This document shows positions 8,690-18,260 of a DNA stretch of 64,000 bases, piece after piece; position 1 is the stretch's first letter, and each line of letters opens with the position of its first letter. Position numbers and translations under genes: made by a program. The notes below the pieces were generated by a model that was not told where the DNA came from, did no database searches, and saw only the letters and a program-made list of their open reading frames with translations. The stretch is from a virus (lineage: Duplodnaviria > Heunggongvirae > Uroviricota > Caudoviricetes). The stretch lies in IMG/VR virus record IMGVR_UViG_3300008267_008434. One strand, given 5' to 3'.

Positions 8690-11065
8690 ATGGATCTGTT
8701 TAATCCACCAAAAACATTTAATTATAAAATTATGATAAAAGATTTAGAGTTTTCTAAATTTGAAAACCCACCTATTCAAGTAGTATGGGAAGACATTTCA
8801 GAGAATTTCACACAAGATAAGATTAAGAGTGTTAAACATTACTTCCAAAAGAAGTACGGTTCCACTAATGTGAATGTTATCACAAAAGTTAAAAACATTC
8901 AGGAAGATACTATGCAAAGTGTTGATGTGTCTGTAAACATTATGGACACAAATTATCAAACTGATTTGTTGAAACAATTTCTTAAGTCTAAGGGGTATGA
9001 AAATCGTATTGATGAGGTTATGTCAATCAATAGAATGGTTGAGAATAAAATGTCTGAATCAGAAGATGAAACCTCATCATTTAAGAAATGGTATATCAAA
9101 AATATTGAATTCTCTAATTTCTTATCATATGGTGATAATCAGCGTATTGATTTTGATAAATGTAATGGTATTACAGTAGTTGAATCTAATCCACCTAACT
9201 TTGGTGGTAAGACAGTATTATCGGTGGATTTATTAATGTTCCTATTCTTTAATGAGACAACAAAAACATCAAAGGCGGAAGAAATCTTTAATCGATTTAC
9301 CGATAAAAACTCGGTAGTTGTAAAGGGTGAAATTATTATTGATGGTGAAGAATATATTATTGTTAGAAACATCGAAAGAAAAATGTCTAAGAAAGGTGAA
9401 TGGAATGTTAAAACCGAATTAGACTTCTTCAAAAAACTTTCCGACGGTAGTTTACAAAACTTTACTGGTGAACAAAGACGAGAAACCGAACAATTCATTA
9501 AAACATCAATCGGTTCTAAAGATGATTTCTTAATGACAATTTTAACCACCGCAACAAATCTTGAGGACCTTTTGGAATCAAAACCAACGGCAAGAGGACA
9601 GGTACTCTCAAGGTTTATGGGGTTGGAGTTTTTAAAGAAAAAAGAAGAATCTGCAAAACAAATTTATTCTGATTTTTCTAAATCAATGTTATCTAATGTT
9701 TATAATACTGAGCAATTAAAAAGTGATAATGAACAATATGAAACTGATATTGAAAATTTTAAAACTAGTATTGATACATTGAAAGACGAACTTAATCAAG
9801 TTGAAGTAAACTTAACAAAGGGTAAGGATTATCGTGACGATATGTTAAAAAAGAAACATACTGATATAGATAATGATATTGCTCAAACAAACCCTGATAA
9901 GGTACAAGATGAGATTAACTCATTTGAGTATCAAAAAGGTGACATCATTAAGAAGTCAAATGAATTACAGGTAGTTGAACCATCTTCTTTTTATTATGAG
10001 GATCAACACGATAAGGTTAAAGAAGAATATAACGAAGTATTCAAGGAAAAAATCCAAGTTGAGAGTAAGATTAAATCAATTGAGGAATTAAAGAGTTCCG
10101 TTGATGGTGGAATTAAATGCGAACACTGTGGTATTGATTTAATGATGGCATCAATCACCCAATCTAAAATTGCCGAACTTGATGGTTATAATAGGCAAAA
10201 AGAGGAAAAAGAGGGGTTAATGACGGTTTTATCAGGCAAAGAACAGGCATTTGTACAACTTAAAAAAGAGTTTGATGAGTATGAGAAAAACAAACTTATT
10301 AAAGAAAAATATGATTTGAGTATTGAGAGTTATAATCTTAAAATTGAAAATTTAAAACAAAAATTAGGAAGGTATAACGAATTGATTGAAAAAATTAAGG
10401 AAAATGAGAAGATTGAGGGTATGTTGTTAAAAGCAGGTATTAGAATTGAGGAACTTGAAAGAGAAAAGACTCAAAAACAAACACTAATCAATAATAATAC
10501 TTACCAAATCACCTCGTTGGAAGATAAGATTAAAAATAATTTAAATACAATAATCAAAATTCAGGAGGAATCTGAAAAAGAAAAATTATATAAAATATAT
10601 TTGGAGGCGTTCGGTAAAAATGGGATATCTAAAATCATAATGAAAACTATGATGCCGATAATAAACTCAGAACTTCAAAGACTAATGGAGGATAGTTCAT
10701 ACTTCAAACTTGAAGTTAGAATTAACGATAAGAATGAAGTTGAGTTTATGATGATTGACAACGGTACTGGTGTTGAGAAATTAATGACATCAGGTTCAGG
10801 TTATGAAAAAACAATTGCATCATTGGCATTGAGATCAGTATTAAGTAAGATTTGTTCGTTACCAAAACCAAATATAATTGTCTTTGATGAGGTGTTCGGA
10901 AAAATATCTAACGACAATTTGGAAATGGTTTCAGAATTCTTTATTAAAATTAAAGAATATTTTGAGAAAATATTTGTCATTACACACAACCCAATGGTTA
11001 ATCAGTGGGCGGACACCATCGTTAAGATTAGAAAAGAAGATAATATTTCAAAGGTATATCAATAA
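8690..11065 (+). CDS. sbcC: SbcC/Rad50-family ATPase with CxxC zinc hook
   Basis: N-terminal P-loop is a variant ('ESNPPNFGGKT'). The central part is long coiled coil with 'IKCEHCGID' (zinc hook). C-terminal signature 'SGSGYEKTIASLAL', Walker B 'IIVFDEV' and His-loop 'ITHN' follow. Confidence 0.8.
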   Translation: MDLFNPPKTFNYKIMIKDLEFSKFENPPIQVVWEDISENFTQDKIKSVKHYFQKKYGSTNVNVITKVKNIQEDTMQSVDVSVNIMDTNYQTDLLKQFLKSKGYENRIDEVMSINRMVENKMSESEDETSSFKKWYIKNIEFSNFLSYGDNQRIDFDKCNGITVVESNPPNFGGKTVLSVDLLMFLFFNETTKTSKAEEIFNRFTDKNSVVVKGEIIIDGEEYIIVRNIERKMSKKGEWNVKTELDFFKKLSDGSLQNFTGEQRRETEQFIKTSIGSKDDFLMTILTTATNLEDLLESKPTARGQVLSRFMGLEFLKKKEESAKQIYSDFSKSMLSNVYNTEQLKSDNEQYETDIENFKTSIDTLKDELNQVEVNLTKGKDYRDDMLKKKHTDIDNDIAQTNPDKVQDEINSFEYQKGDIIKKSNELQVVEPSSFYYEDQHDKVKEEYNEVFKEKIQVESKIKSIEELKSSVDGGIKCEHCGIDLMMASITQSKIAELDGYNRQKEEKEGLMTVLSGKEQAFVQLKKEFDEYEKNKLIKEKYDLSIESYNLKIENLKQKLGRYNELIEKIKENEKIEGMLLKAGIRIEELEREKTQKQTLINNNTYQITSLEDKIKNNLNTIIKIQEESEKEKLYKIYLEAFGKNGISKIIMKTMMPIINSELQRLMEDSSYFKLEVRINDKNEVEFMMIDNGTGVEKLMTSGSGYEKTIASLALRSVLSKICSLPKPNIIVFDEVFGKISNDNLEMVSEFFIKIKEYFEKIFVITHNPMVNQWADTIVKIRKEDNISKVYQ

Positions 11066-11117
11066 GATAGATGACTAAGTGGATTTTTATTCTTATATTT
11101 AGGTAAATAAGTTTAAA

Positions 11118-11807
11118 ATGAGAGATAAGAAAATTTTGGTTAGGGATTTAGTTATTCATTTAAAAAAATTAAAGTTTGCAAAATATTTAGTTGAGTATAT
11201 TGATAACGAAATTCCTTTAACCATATTCCCTATTGCGAATAGGGAGGGGTTGACAATTAATGAATGGGTGAAAGATGTTGAAGATGATGTAAGACAACAC
11301 ACAGTTTTGACTACAACCAGATTATCATATGATGGTGTTAAATCATTTTTAGTTTACAAATTAAATACAATTCTCTCAACCTATAACGACGCAAATATTA
11401 AAGTACTTAAAATTACTGAGATTGTTAATACTGAAGAAATTGAGGGTAAATCTTTTGACGCTATATTTGAGTTTAACGGTGAAATTATTATAATTGAAAT
11501 TAAAGTAACCCAAAGCGATACCGCATTTACAGGTGCAACACATACAACATCAAAAGCGGATATTTTTTTATTAATATCATTATCAATTAATCGTGATAAA
11601 AAAGTTAAGGAAAGTGAAAAATATGTTGATGGTATTTTCGGTATGTTAATTAACTTGGATAAAGATTTTTGGAAAGGTGAGGCTAAAAATAATAGTAGTT
11701 TTACTACACTTAAATTTTTATCAAATATTGACTATAGTGAAAATATTTTTTGTGGTAGTCTTAAAAACAATAAAGTATACCAAAAACTAATTTTTGAAAA
11801 AATATGA
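11118..11807 (+). CDS. Hypothetical protein with candidate PD-(D/E)xK motif; possible nuclease partner of the downstream MTase
   Basis: 'SFDAIFEFNGEIIIIEIKV' gives D-x13-E-I-K spacing typical of PD-(D/E)xK. The stop overlaps the MTase start (ATGA). Confidence 0.3.
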   Translation: MRDKKILVRDLVIHLKKLKFAKYLVEYIDNEIPLTIFPIANREGLTINEWVKDVEDDVRQHTVLTTTRLSYDGVKSFLVYKLNTILSTYNDANIKVLKITEIVNTEEIEGKSFDAIFEFNGEIIIIEIKVTQSDTAFTGATHTTSKADIFLLISLSINRDKKVKESEKYVDGIFGMLINLDKDFWKGEAKNNSSFTTLKFLSNIDYSENIFCGSLKNNKVYQKLIFEKI

Positions 11808-12715
11808 ATGAAGTAATTTTAGGTAATGCGATTGAAGTATTACAAAGATATGAGGATAATACATTTGATTTAACTGTAACATCACCACCGTATGATAACT
11901 TAAGAACTTATAATGGAAAAATTAAGGATGAGGTTGTCTTTGAAGATGGATTTAGTTTCCCATTTGTGGAAATGGCTCGTGAGTTATATAGAGTAACCAA
12001 GAAGGGTGGTGTTGTTATTTGGGTGGTAAATGATCAAGTAAAAAATGGTGGAGAAACTGGTAGTTCATTCAGACAAGCACTTAAATTTAAGGAGATTGGA
12101 TTTACATTGTACGATACGATGATTTATCATAAGAATGGAGCCCCATTTCCTGAAACAGGTAGATACTCACAAGTATTTGAATATATGTTCGTCCTTTCAA
12201 AAGGGAAACCAAAAACGGTTAATCTATTAAAAGATAAACCAAATAGATGGGCGGGACATAGTAATTTTGGTGATCCATCAAAAAGAGAAAAAGACGGAAA
12301 CCTTAAAAAGGTTGACAAGTTTGTTGTATCTGAATTCGGTACAAGGTATAATGTATGGTATGTTAATAATGGTAAAGGGTTCTCATCCAAAGACGACATT
12401 GCATTCCAACATCCTGCAATATTTCCGGAATCATTGGCTGAGGATCATATTCTATCTTGGAGTAATGAAGGTGATATAGTATTAGATCCTATGTGTGGTA
12501 GTGGAACGACATTGAAGATGGCGAAACTTAATAACAGGAATTATTTGGGTATTGACATCAATGAAGAATATGTCGATTTATCAAATCTAAGAATACAAAA
12601 TATTGAACCATACACTAATGAAACACCTAATCCAAAGGTTAAATTCCTTTTATCTAAAGAAGATGCTTTATTGAAAAGAAAAAATAATAAAGAATCTAAA
12701 AATTTGTTGGATTAA
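11804..12715 (+). CDS. DNA methyltransferase, beta-class (N6-adenine or N4-cytosine)
   Basis: Motif IV 'TVTSPPYDN' precedes motif I 'LDPMCGSGTTLKMA', which is the beta-class order. Confidence 0.8.
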   Translation: MNEVILGNAIEVLQRYEDNTFDLTVTSPPYDNLRTYNGKIKDEVVFEDGFSFPFVEMARELYRVTKKGGVVIWVVNDQVKNGGETGSSFRQALKFKEIGFTLYDTMIYHKNGAPFPETGRYSQVFEYMFVLSKGKPKTVNLLKDKPNRWAGHSNFGDPSKREKDGNLKKVDKFVVSEFGTRYNVWYVNNGKGFSSKDDIAFQHPAIFPESLAEDHILSWSNEGDIVLDPMCGSGTTLKMAKLNNRNYLGIDINEEYVDLSNLRIQNIEPYTNETPNPKVKFLLSKEDALLKRKNNKESKNLLD

Positions 12716-12746
12716 TAATTATTTGTATATTTGTAAAAAAAACAAT

Positions 12747-13283
12747 ATGAGATATCTAATGTTTGTGTACGGTGAAAGTGAAACTATGGATAGTGAAGCC
12801 TTAACCACTAAAATTGGTAAAGAAATCCAACCCATTGTAATTTCAGAACAGATAAAATACATTTATGGTGATGGTAACGCAATTTTTCATTTTGAATCTG
12901 AGTTAAAATATGAAGAAATGTCTATGTATGTTGAGATGGTTTTTGAAGAATTAGAAGACATTATGTTTACCTTAATACCATTTAATGGTAAGATGGCAAC
13001 AAATATGGGTAAGGATAGAAAAAATCACCTATTGTCTATTGATGAGGAGGATAAGATTGAGATTAATACTTTCACTGTTAGTTCTGAAGATATTAGTAAT
13101 GATGGTGCGATTTTTGATATGTTTATGGATATGATTAATCAAGGTAGTCCATTTATTATCAATAAAACAAATGAAGATGTGTGTAATATGTCATTGGACG
13201 AACTTTTAGATAAAATCAATGACAAGGGAATAAATTCACTCACAAAGGCGGAGAAATTAAAATTGGAACAATACTCAAAATAA
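12747..13283 (+). CDS. Acidic hypothetical protein
   Basis: ORF with a TAtaTTTG box at 12726-12733. The listed start at 12723 lies inside the promoter, so 12747 is preferred. Confidence 0.45.
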   Translation: MRYLMFVYGESETMDSEALTTKIGKEIQPIVISEQIKYIYGDGNAIFHFESELKYEEMSMYVEMVFEELEDIMFTLIPFNGKMATNMGKDRKNHLLSIDEEDKIEINTFTVSSEDISNDGAIFDMFMDMINQGSPFIINKTNEDVCNMSLDELLDKINDKGINSLTKAEKLKLEQYSK

Positions 13284-13288
13284 AATAT

Positions 13289-14089
13289 ATGAAGGAAAAA
13301 GGAACAGGAATGCCCATTAATCAGGATGAAATCTCTCACTACCTAAAGGATATTAGGAAGATTAAAGTTATGACACCTGAAAGGGAAAAAGAATTATCTA
13401 AACTTATGATGTCGGATACTTTAACTGACAAACAACGAAAACAAGTTGAACAGGAGTTGTTAACAGGTAATTTACGATTTGTTATTACCGTTGCAAAACA
13501 ATATCAAAATCAAGGTTTGGATTTTCCTGATTTGGTTGCTGAGGGTAACTTAGGGTTATTGAAAGCAATTAAAAACTTTGATTGGAGTAAAAATTTGAGA
13601 TTTATTTCATATGCCGTTTGGTGGGTTAAACAATCTATTATTCAGTCTTTAAATGACAATGCGAGAACAATTAGACTTCCTGTAAATGTTGTTCAGGAAC
13701 TTCATAAAGCTAAAAAAGAAATTGAGAATAATGGAGGAAAACTATCGGATAAATTCTCATCTTTACCATCAATGATTGACTTAGATATGAATATCAATGA
13801 TGAGGGAGATACATTCCTTGATATGATACCAAATATGGATGCAGACGCTCCTGATGCGGCTTTTAATACTGCGGACATTCTTAAAGAAAAATTAATCAAT
13901 ACACTTAGTGTTTTAGATGAAAGAGAACGAGTAATTATTGAGGATTATTTTGGACTTAGTGGAACACCAAGAACTTTGGAAGATATTGGAGGTGATTTTG
14001 GTTTAACTAAAGAACGAGTAAGACAGATTAAAGAAAGAGCTTTGAGAAGGTTACGAAATGAGAGTTCTGAATTATTTGATTATATCTAA
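13289..14089 (+). CDS. RNA polymerase sigma factor, sigma-70 family (regions 2-4)
   Basis: Region 2: 'LRFVITVAKQYQNQGLDFPDLVAEGNLGLLKAIKNFD' and 'YAVWWVKQSI'. Region 4 HTH: 'LTKERVRQIKERALRRLR'. Confidence 0.85.
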   Translation: MKEKGTGMPINQDEISHYLKDIRKIKVMTPEREKELSKLMMSDTLTDKQRKQVEQELLTGNLRFVITVAKQYQNQGLDFPDLVAEGNLGLLKAIKNFDWSKNLRFISYAVWWVKQSIIQSLNDNARTIRLPVNVVQELHKAKKEIENNGGKLSDKFSSLPSMIDLDMNINDEGDTFLDMIPNMDADAPDAAFNTADILKEKLINTLSVLDERERVIIEDYFGLSGTPRTLEDIGGDFGLTKERVRQIKERALRRLRNESSELFDYI

Positions 14090-14132
14090 ATAATTTTCTA
14101 TACTTTTTGTTTGGTGGTTTAAAAAAGATCAT

Positions 14133-14140
14133 TACATTTG
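14133..14140 (+). promoter_or_regulatory. Bacteroidetes-type -7 box TAcaTTTG, with TTG about 19 nt upstream
   Basis: Matches TAnnTTTG. ttg at 14111-14113. The gene start follows at 14164. Confidence 0.4.
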
Positions 14141-14163
14141 TAATGTATCTAAAACGAAATATT

Positions 14164-14610
14164 ATGACAAACGACATCATCAAAGTAAACGAAGGAACAT
14201 TATCAGGAGACGTATTCTACGGATCATTCAACACCACAGTAAAAGGTAAAAGAATTTCAGTTTCGGTTTCAAACCACCTTAAAGATGCGGACAAAGAATA
14301 CGAATTCCGTATCGCAAATAAATGTCAGGCAGGATTCATCAATATCCACGACACTAAAGGAACTGCGGCGAGTGTTATTCGTGGATACCAAAAAAACTCA
14401 TTGGTTAATATCCAAGCAAAAAATGAGTACGGACAGTGGATGAATGTTTACACAATTAAAGGTGGTAAGTGGTACTCAATCGACAAAGGGTTCTTGGATG
14501 TGTTAACTGTTGGGACAATGAGAGAGTCATTCCCTGATATGTGTGACATGGAACTTTGGGGTAGAATGGGAGCAAAAACTTGGGCAGACAAATCATTTAA
14601 ACAAAACTAA
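14164..14610 (+). CDS. Hypothetical protein
   Basis: ORF downstream of the promoter box. The start is taken at MTNDIIK rather than the listed 14107. Confidence 0.45.
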   Translation: MTNDIIKVNEGTLSGDVFYGSFNTTVKGKRISVSVSNHLKDADKEYEFRIANKCQAGFINIHDTKGTAASVIRGYQKNSLVNIQAKNEYGQWMNVYTIKGGKWYSIDKGFLDVLTVGTMRESFPDMCDMELWGRMGAKTWADKSFKQN

Positions 14611-14616
14611 AAAAAT

Positions 14617-14634
14617 GGGGGGGTATAACCCCCC
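14617..14634. other. G7/C6 hairpin after the gene (possible terminator or RNA-stability element; no U tract on + strand)
   Basis: ggggggg-tataa-cccccc, with an A-run 5' and no T-run 3'. Confidence 0.35.
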
Positions 14635-14675
14635 ACATACACAAAAACAACCTTATTGGGAAATTAAAAAATAAT

Positions 14676-15122
14676 ATGGGAAGCGTAATTGATTATATTG
14701 AATGTACAAATTGTAAACACGAAGCGTTTAGTGACTTCTATTACAAAACAGGGGAACAATATGTAAGTTGTAATAACTGTGGGTATCACTACTCACAAAC
14801 ATTCCAAAGGGACGGTACCGGAAGGTTCATCACCAAAGACGGAAGTGATGATTATCATTTTGAAAATCTGATTATGAATGTTTCGGAACTTAAAAATCCT
14901 TATGGTGCGTACAGAATAAAGACATATCATTCACCAGCAACACAGTGTGGTTCTTTTGAGAATGAAGAACAGTGTAACGAGTTTAAGAAAAGTATTATGG
15001 ATGATGTTGAAATTGAATTTGCGTCGGTATCCAGGTTTATTAACGAGGAAATTGTTGTTGAGACAATAATTGATAATGGACCTGAAGTTGATTCTTCTGG
15101 ATTTACAATTGAGGATCGTTAA
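14676..15122 (+). CDS. Zinc-ribbon protein
   Basis: 'CTNCKH...CNNCGY' gives two CxxC pairs. Confidence 0.45.
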   Translation: MGSVIDYIECTNCKHEAFSDFYYKTGEQYVSCNNCGYHYSQTFQRDGTGRFITKDGSDDYHFENLIMNVSELKNPYGAYRIKTYHSPATQCGSFENEEQCNEFKKSIMDDVEIEFASVSRFINEEIVVETIIDNGPEVDSSGFTIEDR

Positions 15123-15150
15123 TTTAAAATAACAGCCCTATCATATATGA

Positions 15151-15179
15151 ACCCCCACCTAAAATGGGGGTTTTTCTTT
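15151..15179 (+). terminator. Rho-independent terminator
   Basis: accccca-loop-tgggggt followed by ttttcttt. Confidence 0.6.
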
Positions 15180-15212
15180 ATCTTTTATATTTATTAGGTA
15201 TAGTTTAATAAT

Positions 15213-16301
15213 ATGAAAGAAAAATTTTTACCTTGGTTTTTATTATTTTGTGCGATAGGTTTATCGGGAACTGCTGCCTATTATAGTGTTGTTGGATTAT
15301 CAATTGTTTTTATTGGCGTTGCAATACCAGTAATAATAATGGGTTCATTTTTGGAGATATCAAAAATTGCTATTGCAACATATCTTCATGACAAATGGAA
15401 GGAAACATATGGCGCGTTGAAGATATACATGACGATTGCATTGGTGACTTTATCAATTATAACCTCTTTAGGGATTTATGGATTATTGAGTACAGGGTTT
15501 CAGGGAAACATTGCAAAACTTGAAATAAATGAGAAAAAAGTCAAAAATGTTGAAGTTAAAAAGAAACGATTTGAAGAAATAAAAGACGAACTCTCTAAAG
15601 AAAAAACAATTCTTAATGGGGATATAACAAAGTTGAGAGACGGACTTTCAAATAACACCACCACACAATCTGTGGACGGTAGAACTGGACAAGTAGTTAC
15701 AAGAGCAAATAATGCGAATAGACGATCATTTGAGACACAACTATCACAAGCACAAGTTAGAAGAGACACTATCGCAAAACGAATTGATTCAATGAATGAT
15801 AGTATTACTAAACTTGACATTGAAATTTTAGATATGGAATCTCAAGAAATATCTGGTAGTGAACTTGGGGCTATTAAGTATGTAAGTGAACTTCTTGATT
15901 GGGAAATTAAAAGGACTGCAAATTTATTTATTTTAATTTTAATATTTGTATTCGATCCTTTAGCAATCACATTGGTTATTGCAACAAACCAAGCATTTAA
16001 GTCAAGAAGAAAAGAAGAAGACACCCCCCAAGTACCCATTAACTACCCTCCAAGTACCCCCCAAGTTAATGATACCGATGAACTACCGATGAACTACCGA
16101 TCAACTACCGATCAAGTCAATGAGTATAGTTTTATTGATTATGATATATCCAAGGAGTTATCAGATGATATTGAAAATGATACGCCAAAACCATCATCCC
16201 CTGATTTAGTTGTTGATGAATTGTTTGATACAATTGATAAATATGAATTAGATATTAATGAAGTAAAAAATAAAAAAAGATTAGTATATAAAAAAGAATG
16301 A
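15213..16301 (+). CDS. Membrane protein: N-terminal TM helices, long coiled coil, third TM, Pro/Thr-rich tail
   Basis: Hydrophobic N-terminus, heptad-rich middle, 'LFILILIFVFDPLAITLVIA' TM, then the 'PQVPINYPPSTPQV' tail, which contains an 11-bp x3 DNA repeat. Confidence 0.5.
   Translation: MKEKFLPWFLLFCAIGLSGTAAYYSVVGLSIVFIGVAIPVIIMGSFLEISKIAIATYLHDKWKETYGALKIYMTIALVTLSIITSLGIYGLLSTGFQGNIAKLEINEKKVKNVEVKKKRFEEIKDELSKEKTILNGDITKLRDGLSNNTTTQSVDGRTGQVVTRANNANRRSFETQLSQAQVRRDTIAKRIDSMNDSITKLDIEILDMESQEISGSELGAIKYVSELLDWEIKRTANLFILILIFVFDPLAITLVIATNQAFKSRRKEEDTPQVPINYPPSTPQVNDTDELPMNYRSTTDQVNEYSFIDYDISKELSDDIENDTPKPSSPDLVVDELFDTIDKYELDINEVKNKKRLVYKKE
16080..16112 (+). repeat. 11-bp tandem repeat x3 ((g/c)aactaccgat) inside the coding sequence
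   Basis: gaactaccgat gaactaccgat caactaccgat, encoding ELPMNYRSTTD. Confidence 0.8.
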
Positions 16302-16894
16302 TTGATGTTGTAAAATACGGAGAATTTAAACCGACGGGAAAACAAAAGAAGAAAAAACAAATAATTTTATCTCATACATCTAGAGATGTTAAAAACTATT
16401 TAATGTCTTTAAAGTACCGATATAACGGAAAATACGACAAAGTTCCAAATTATATTGTTAACCGAGAAGGTAAAATTTTAAAACTTCTAAATGATAATGA
16501 ACACTCTAATTATTTTTCAGAACCCAATATAAATAGGAACTCAATCATAGTATGTTTAGAGAATTTAGGATGGATGGAAAAAGAACCATTAAAAAATTCA
16601 CACATTAATTGGATTGGTAATATTTATAAGGAGAAGATATATGAAAAAAAGTGGAGAGATTACTTTTTTTGGCAACCATATACTGAAATTCAGATAGAAA
16701 AAACTGCCGAATTATGTAATCATTTAATGAAAGAACTCTCTATAACAAAAGAATGTATCGGACATAATACTAAAATAAATGGTGTTGAAAGATATGAAGG
16801 TATTGTGACTAAAAGTAATTTTGATAGTGAATTTACTGATGTTAGTCCGGCTTTTAATTTTGAACAATTTATAAAGCTAATTGAAAATGAATAA
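16298..16894 (+). CDS. N-acetylmuramoyl-L-alanine amidase (T7 lysozyme / PGRP family)
   Basis: 'NYIVNREGKILKL' and 'NINRNSIIVCLENLGW' parallel the T7 lysozyme motifs 'YHFIIKRDGTVE' and 'NHNSIGVCLVGG'. Confidence 0.5.
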   Translation: MIDVVKYGEFKPTGKQKKKKQIILSHTSRDVKNYLMSLKYRYNGKYDKVPNYIVNREGKILKLLNDNEHSNYFSEPNINRNSIIVCLENLGWMEKEPLKNSHINWIGNIYKEKIYEKKWRDYFFWQPYTEIQIEKTAELCNHLMKELSITKECIGHNTKINGVERYEGIVTKSNFDSEFTDVSPAFNFEQFIKLIENE

Positions 16895-17501
16895 TTACGA
16901 GGAACTAAAAAAATTATTAGAATCATCAAGAAGATTACTTGGGGGGGATTTATTAAACGAAGAGTCTAATAGAATTAGAAAAAGTTATGGTATGATAACT
17001 GAACAGTCTAACCCAACAACTGATATAACAAAAAAAATTAATCCATTAGGGGACTCAGAAGAAGAAATTGAATATGAGACTGCTGATAGCGGTGAAGAAG
17101 AAACAGAGAGTAAACCTGAAAAGAAAAAAGCATATAGAATTTCGGGCGGAATTTTAGTTCTTCATGGAACAGATAGTACTGATATACAATTAACAACCGA
17201 TGATAAAATCGCATTCCAAGAAAGTATGGATGAGTTTGTTGCGGAAGTGGCGGAAATTGTGGACTTCAATAAACTAAATGTTTATGAAAATAATGTAGAA
17301 TGGTCAGGTAAAATTACAGAATTGGATCTTGAGTTCTTCTTCTCAATTGGTGAAACTAAAGGGGTATACATAAATGGTACTATGATTAAGTTGGATGATG
17401 AATTCTTAGAATTTGTTAATAAACTACAAACATACTACGAGAAATTTAAATCTAAGTGGTCTAAAGTGATTGCATCAAAAAAGAAAACACCTGAAAAATG
17501 A
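16881..17501 (+). CDS. Acidic hypothetical protein
   Basis: 206-aa ORF, D/E-rich. Confidence 0.45.
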   Translation: MKMNNYEELKKLLESSRRLLGGDLLNEESNRIRKSYGMITEQSNPTTDITKKINPLGDSEEEIEYETADSGEEETESKPEKKKAYRISGGILVLHGTDSTDIQLTTDDKIAFQESMDEFVAEVAEIVDFNKLNVYENNVEWSGKITELDLEFFFSIGETKGVYINGTMIKLDDEFLEFVNKLQTYYEKFKSKWSKVIASKKKTPEK

Positions 17502-17851
17502 AACAATTCTTAAATACCAATTTTAAATACATCCTATTTGTTGGGGTTGGATTATTTGTTATGTACTTTATGGTTTATTTATTTACACCAAAACCTGAAA
17601 TGTCAGAATTAGATAAATATAAATTAGAACAATTAGATAAAGACATTGACTCAATTTTAAAAAAACAACAACTGCTTGATAAAAGAATCTTAGAATATAA
17701 GACAGAACTAAGTAAGATTGACTCAACAATTGCACAAGTCAGAAACCAAAAAACTATAATAAAAGAATATTATAAAGAAAAAGGTGAAGAAATAACAGGA
17801 ATGAAACCATCTCAAATTGACAGTTTATTCCATAAAAGATATAAGTATTAA
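17498..17851 (+). CDS. Type-II membrane protein with coiled coil (holin/spanin-like candidate)
   Basis: Single N-terminal TM 'ILFVGVGLFVMYFMVYLF', then heptad coiled coil. Lies immediately downstream of the amidase. Confidence 0.35.
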   Translation: MKQFLNTNFKYILFVGVGLFVMYFMVYLFTPKPEMSELDKYKLEQLDKDIDSILKKQQLLDKRILEYKTELSKIDSTIAQVRNQKTIIKEYYKEKGEEITGMKPSQIDSLFHKRYKY

Positions 17852-17852
17852 G

Positions 17853-18260
17853 ATGAAAAATTTATTAATTACATTATTGTTATTCGTTCCATTGTTATCA
17901 TTTGGACAAGTTAAAAAGGACACAACACAGATTTGTTTCCCATATAGTGTTGGAAAACAAATTGCGTTAGATTTAAATAAATTAGATCAGTTAACTGAAG
18001 TACTTAAATTAACTGAAACAGAACTTAAAGAAACTCAAAACAAAGTAAGTGTTCAAAACGATATTATCACTACAATGGAACTTAAAGAAGATAATTATGA
18101 GTTACAAATTCAAAAGGAACAAGAAAAATTTGGAATTGTTGAAGAACAAAATGAAGGATTAAGAAAAGATATTAAAAAAATTAAAACCAAAAATACAGTT
18201 ATTGAAATTGTTGGAGGGGCGATAATTGGTGCATTAACCTATATACTTATTTTTAAATAA
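17853..18260 (+). CDS. Signal-peptide protein with coiled coil and C-terminal TM (lysis-associated candidate)
   Basis: 'MKNLLITLLLFVPLLSFGQ' signal, coiled coil, C-terminal 'IVGGAIIGALTYILIF'. Confidence 0.35.
   Translation: MKNLLITLLLFVPLLSFGQVKKDTTQICFPYSVGKQIALDLNKLDQLTEVLKLTETELKETQNKVSVQNDIITTMELKEDNYELQIQKEQEKFGIVEEQNEGLRKDIKKIKTKNTVIEIVGGAIIGALTYILIFK

Noticed and set aside
14617-14634. G7/C6 hairpin as a + strand intrinsic terminator
   Set aside because: No U-tract follows on the + strand (the A-run precedes it). Kept only as a possible stability or processing hairpin.
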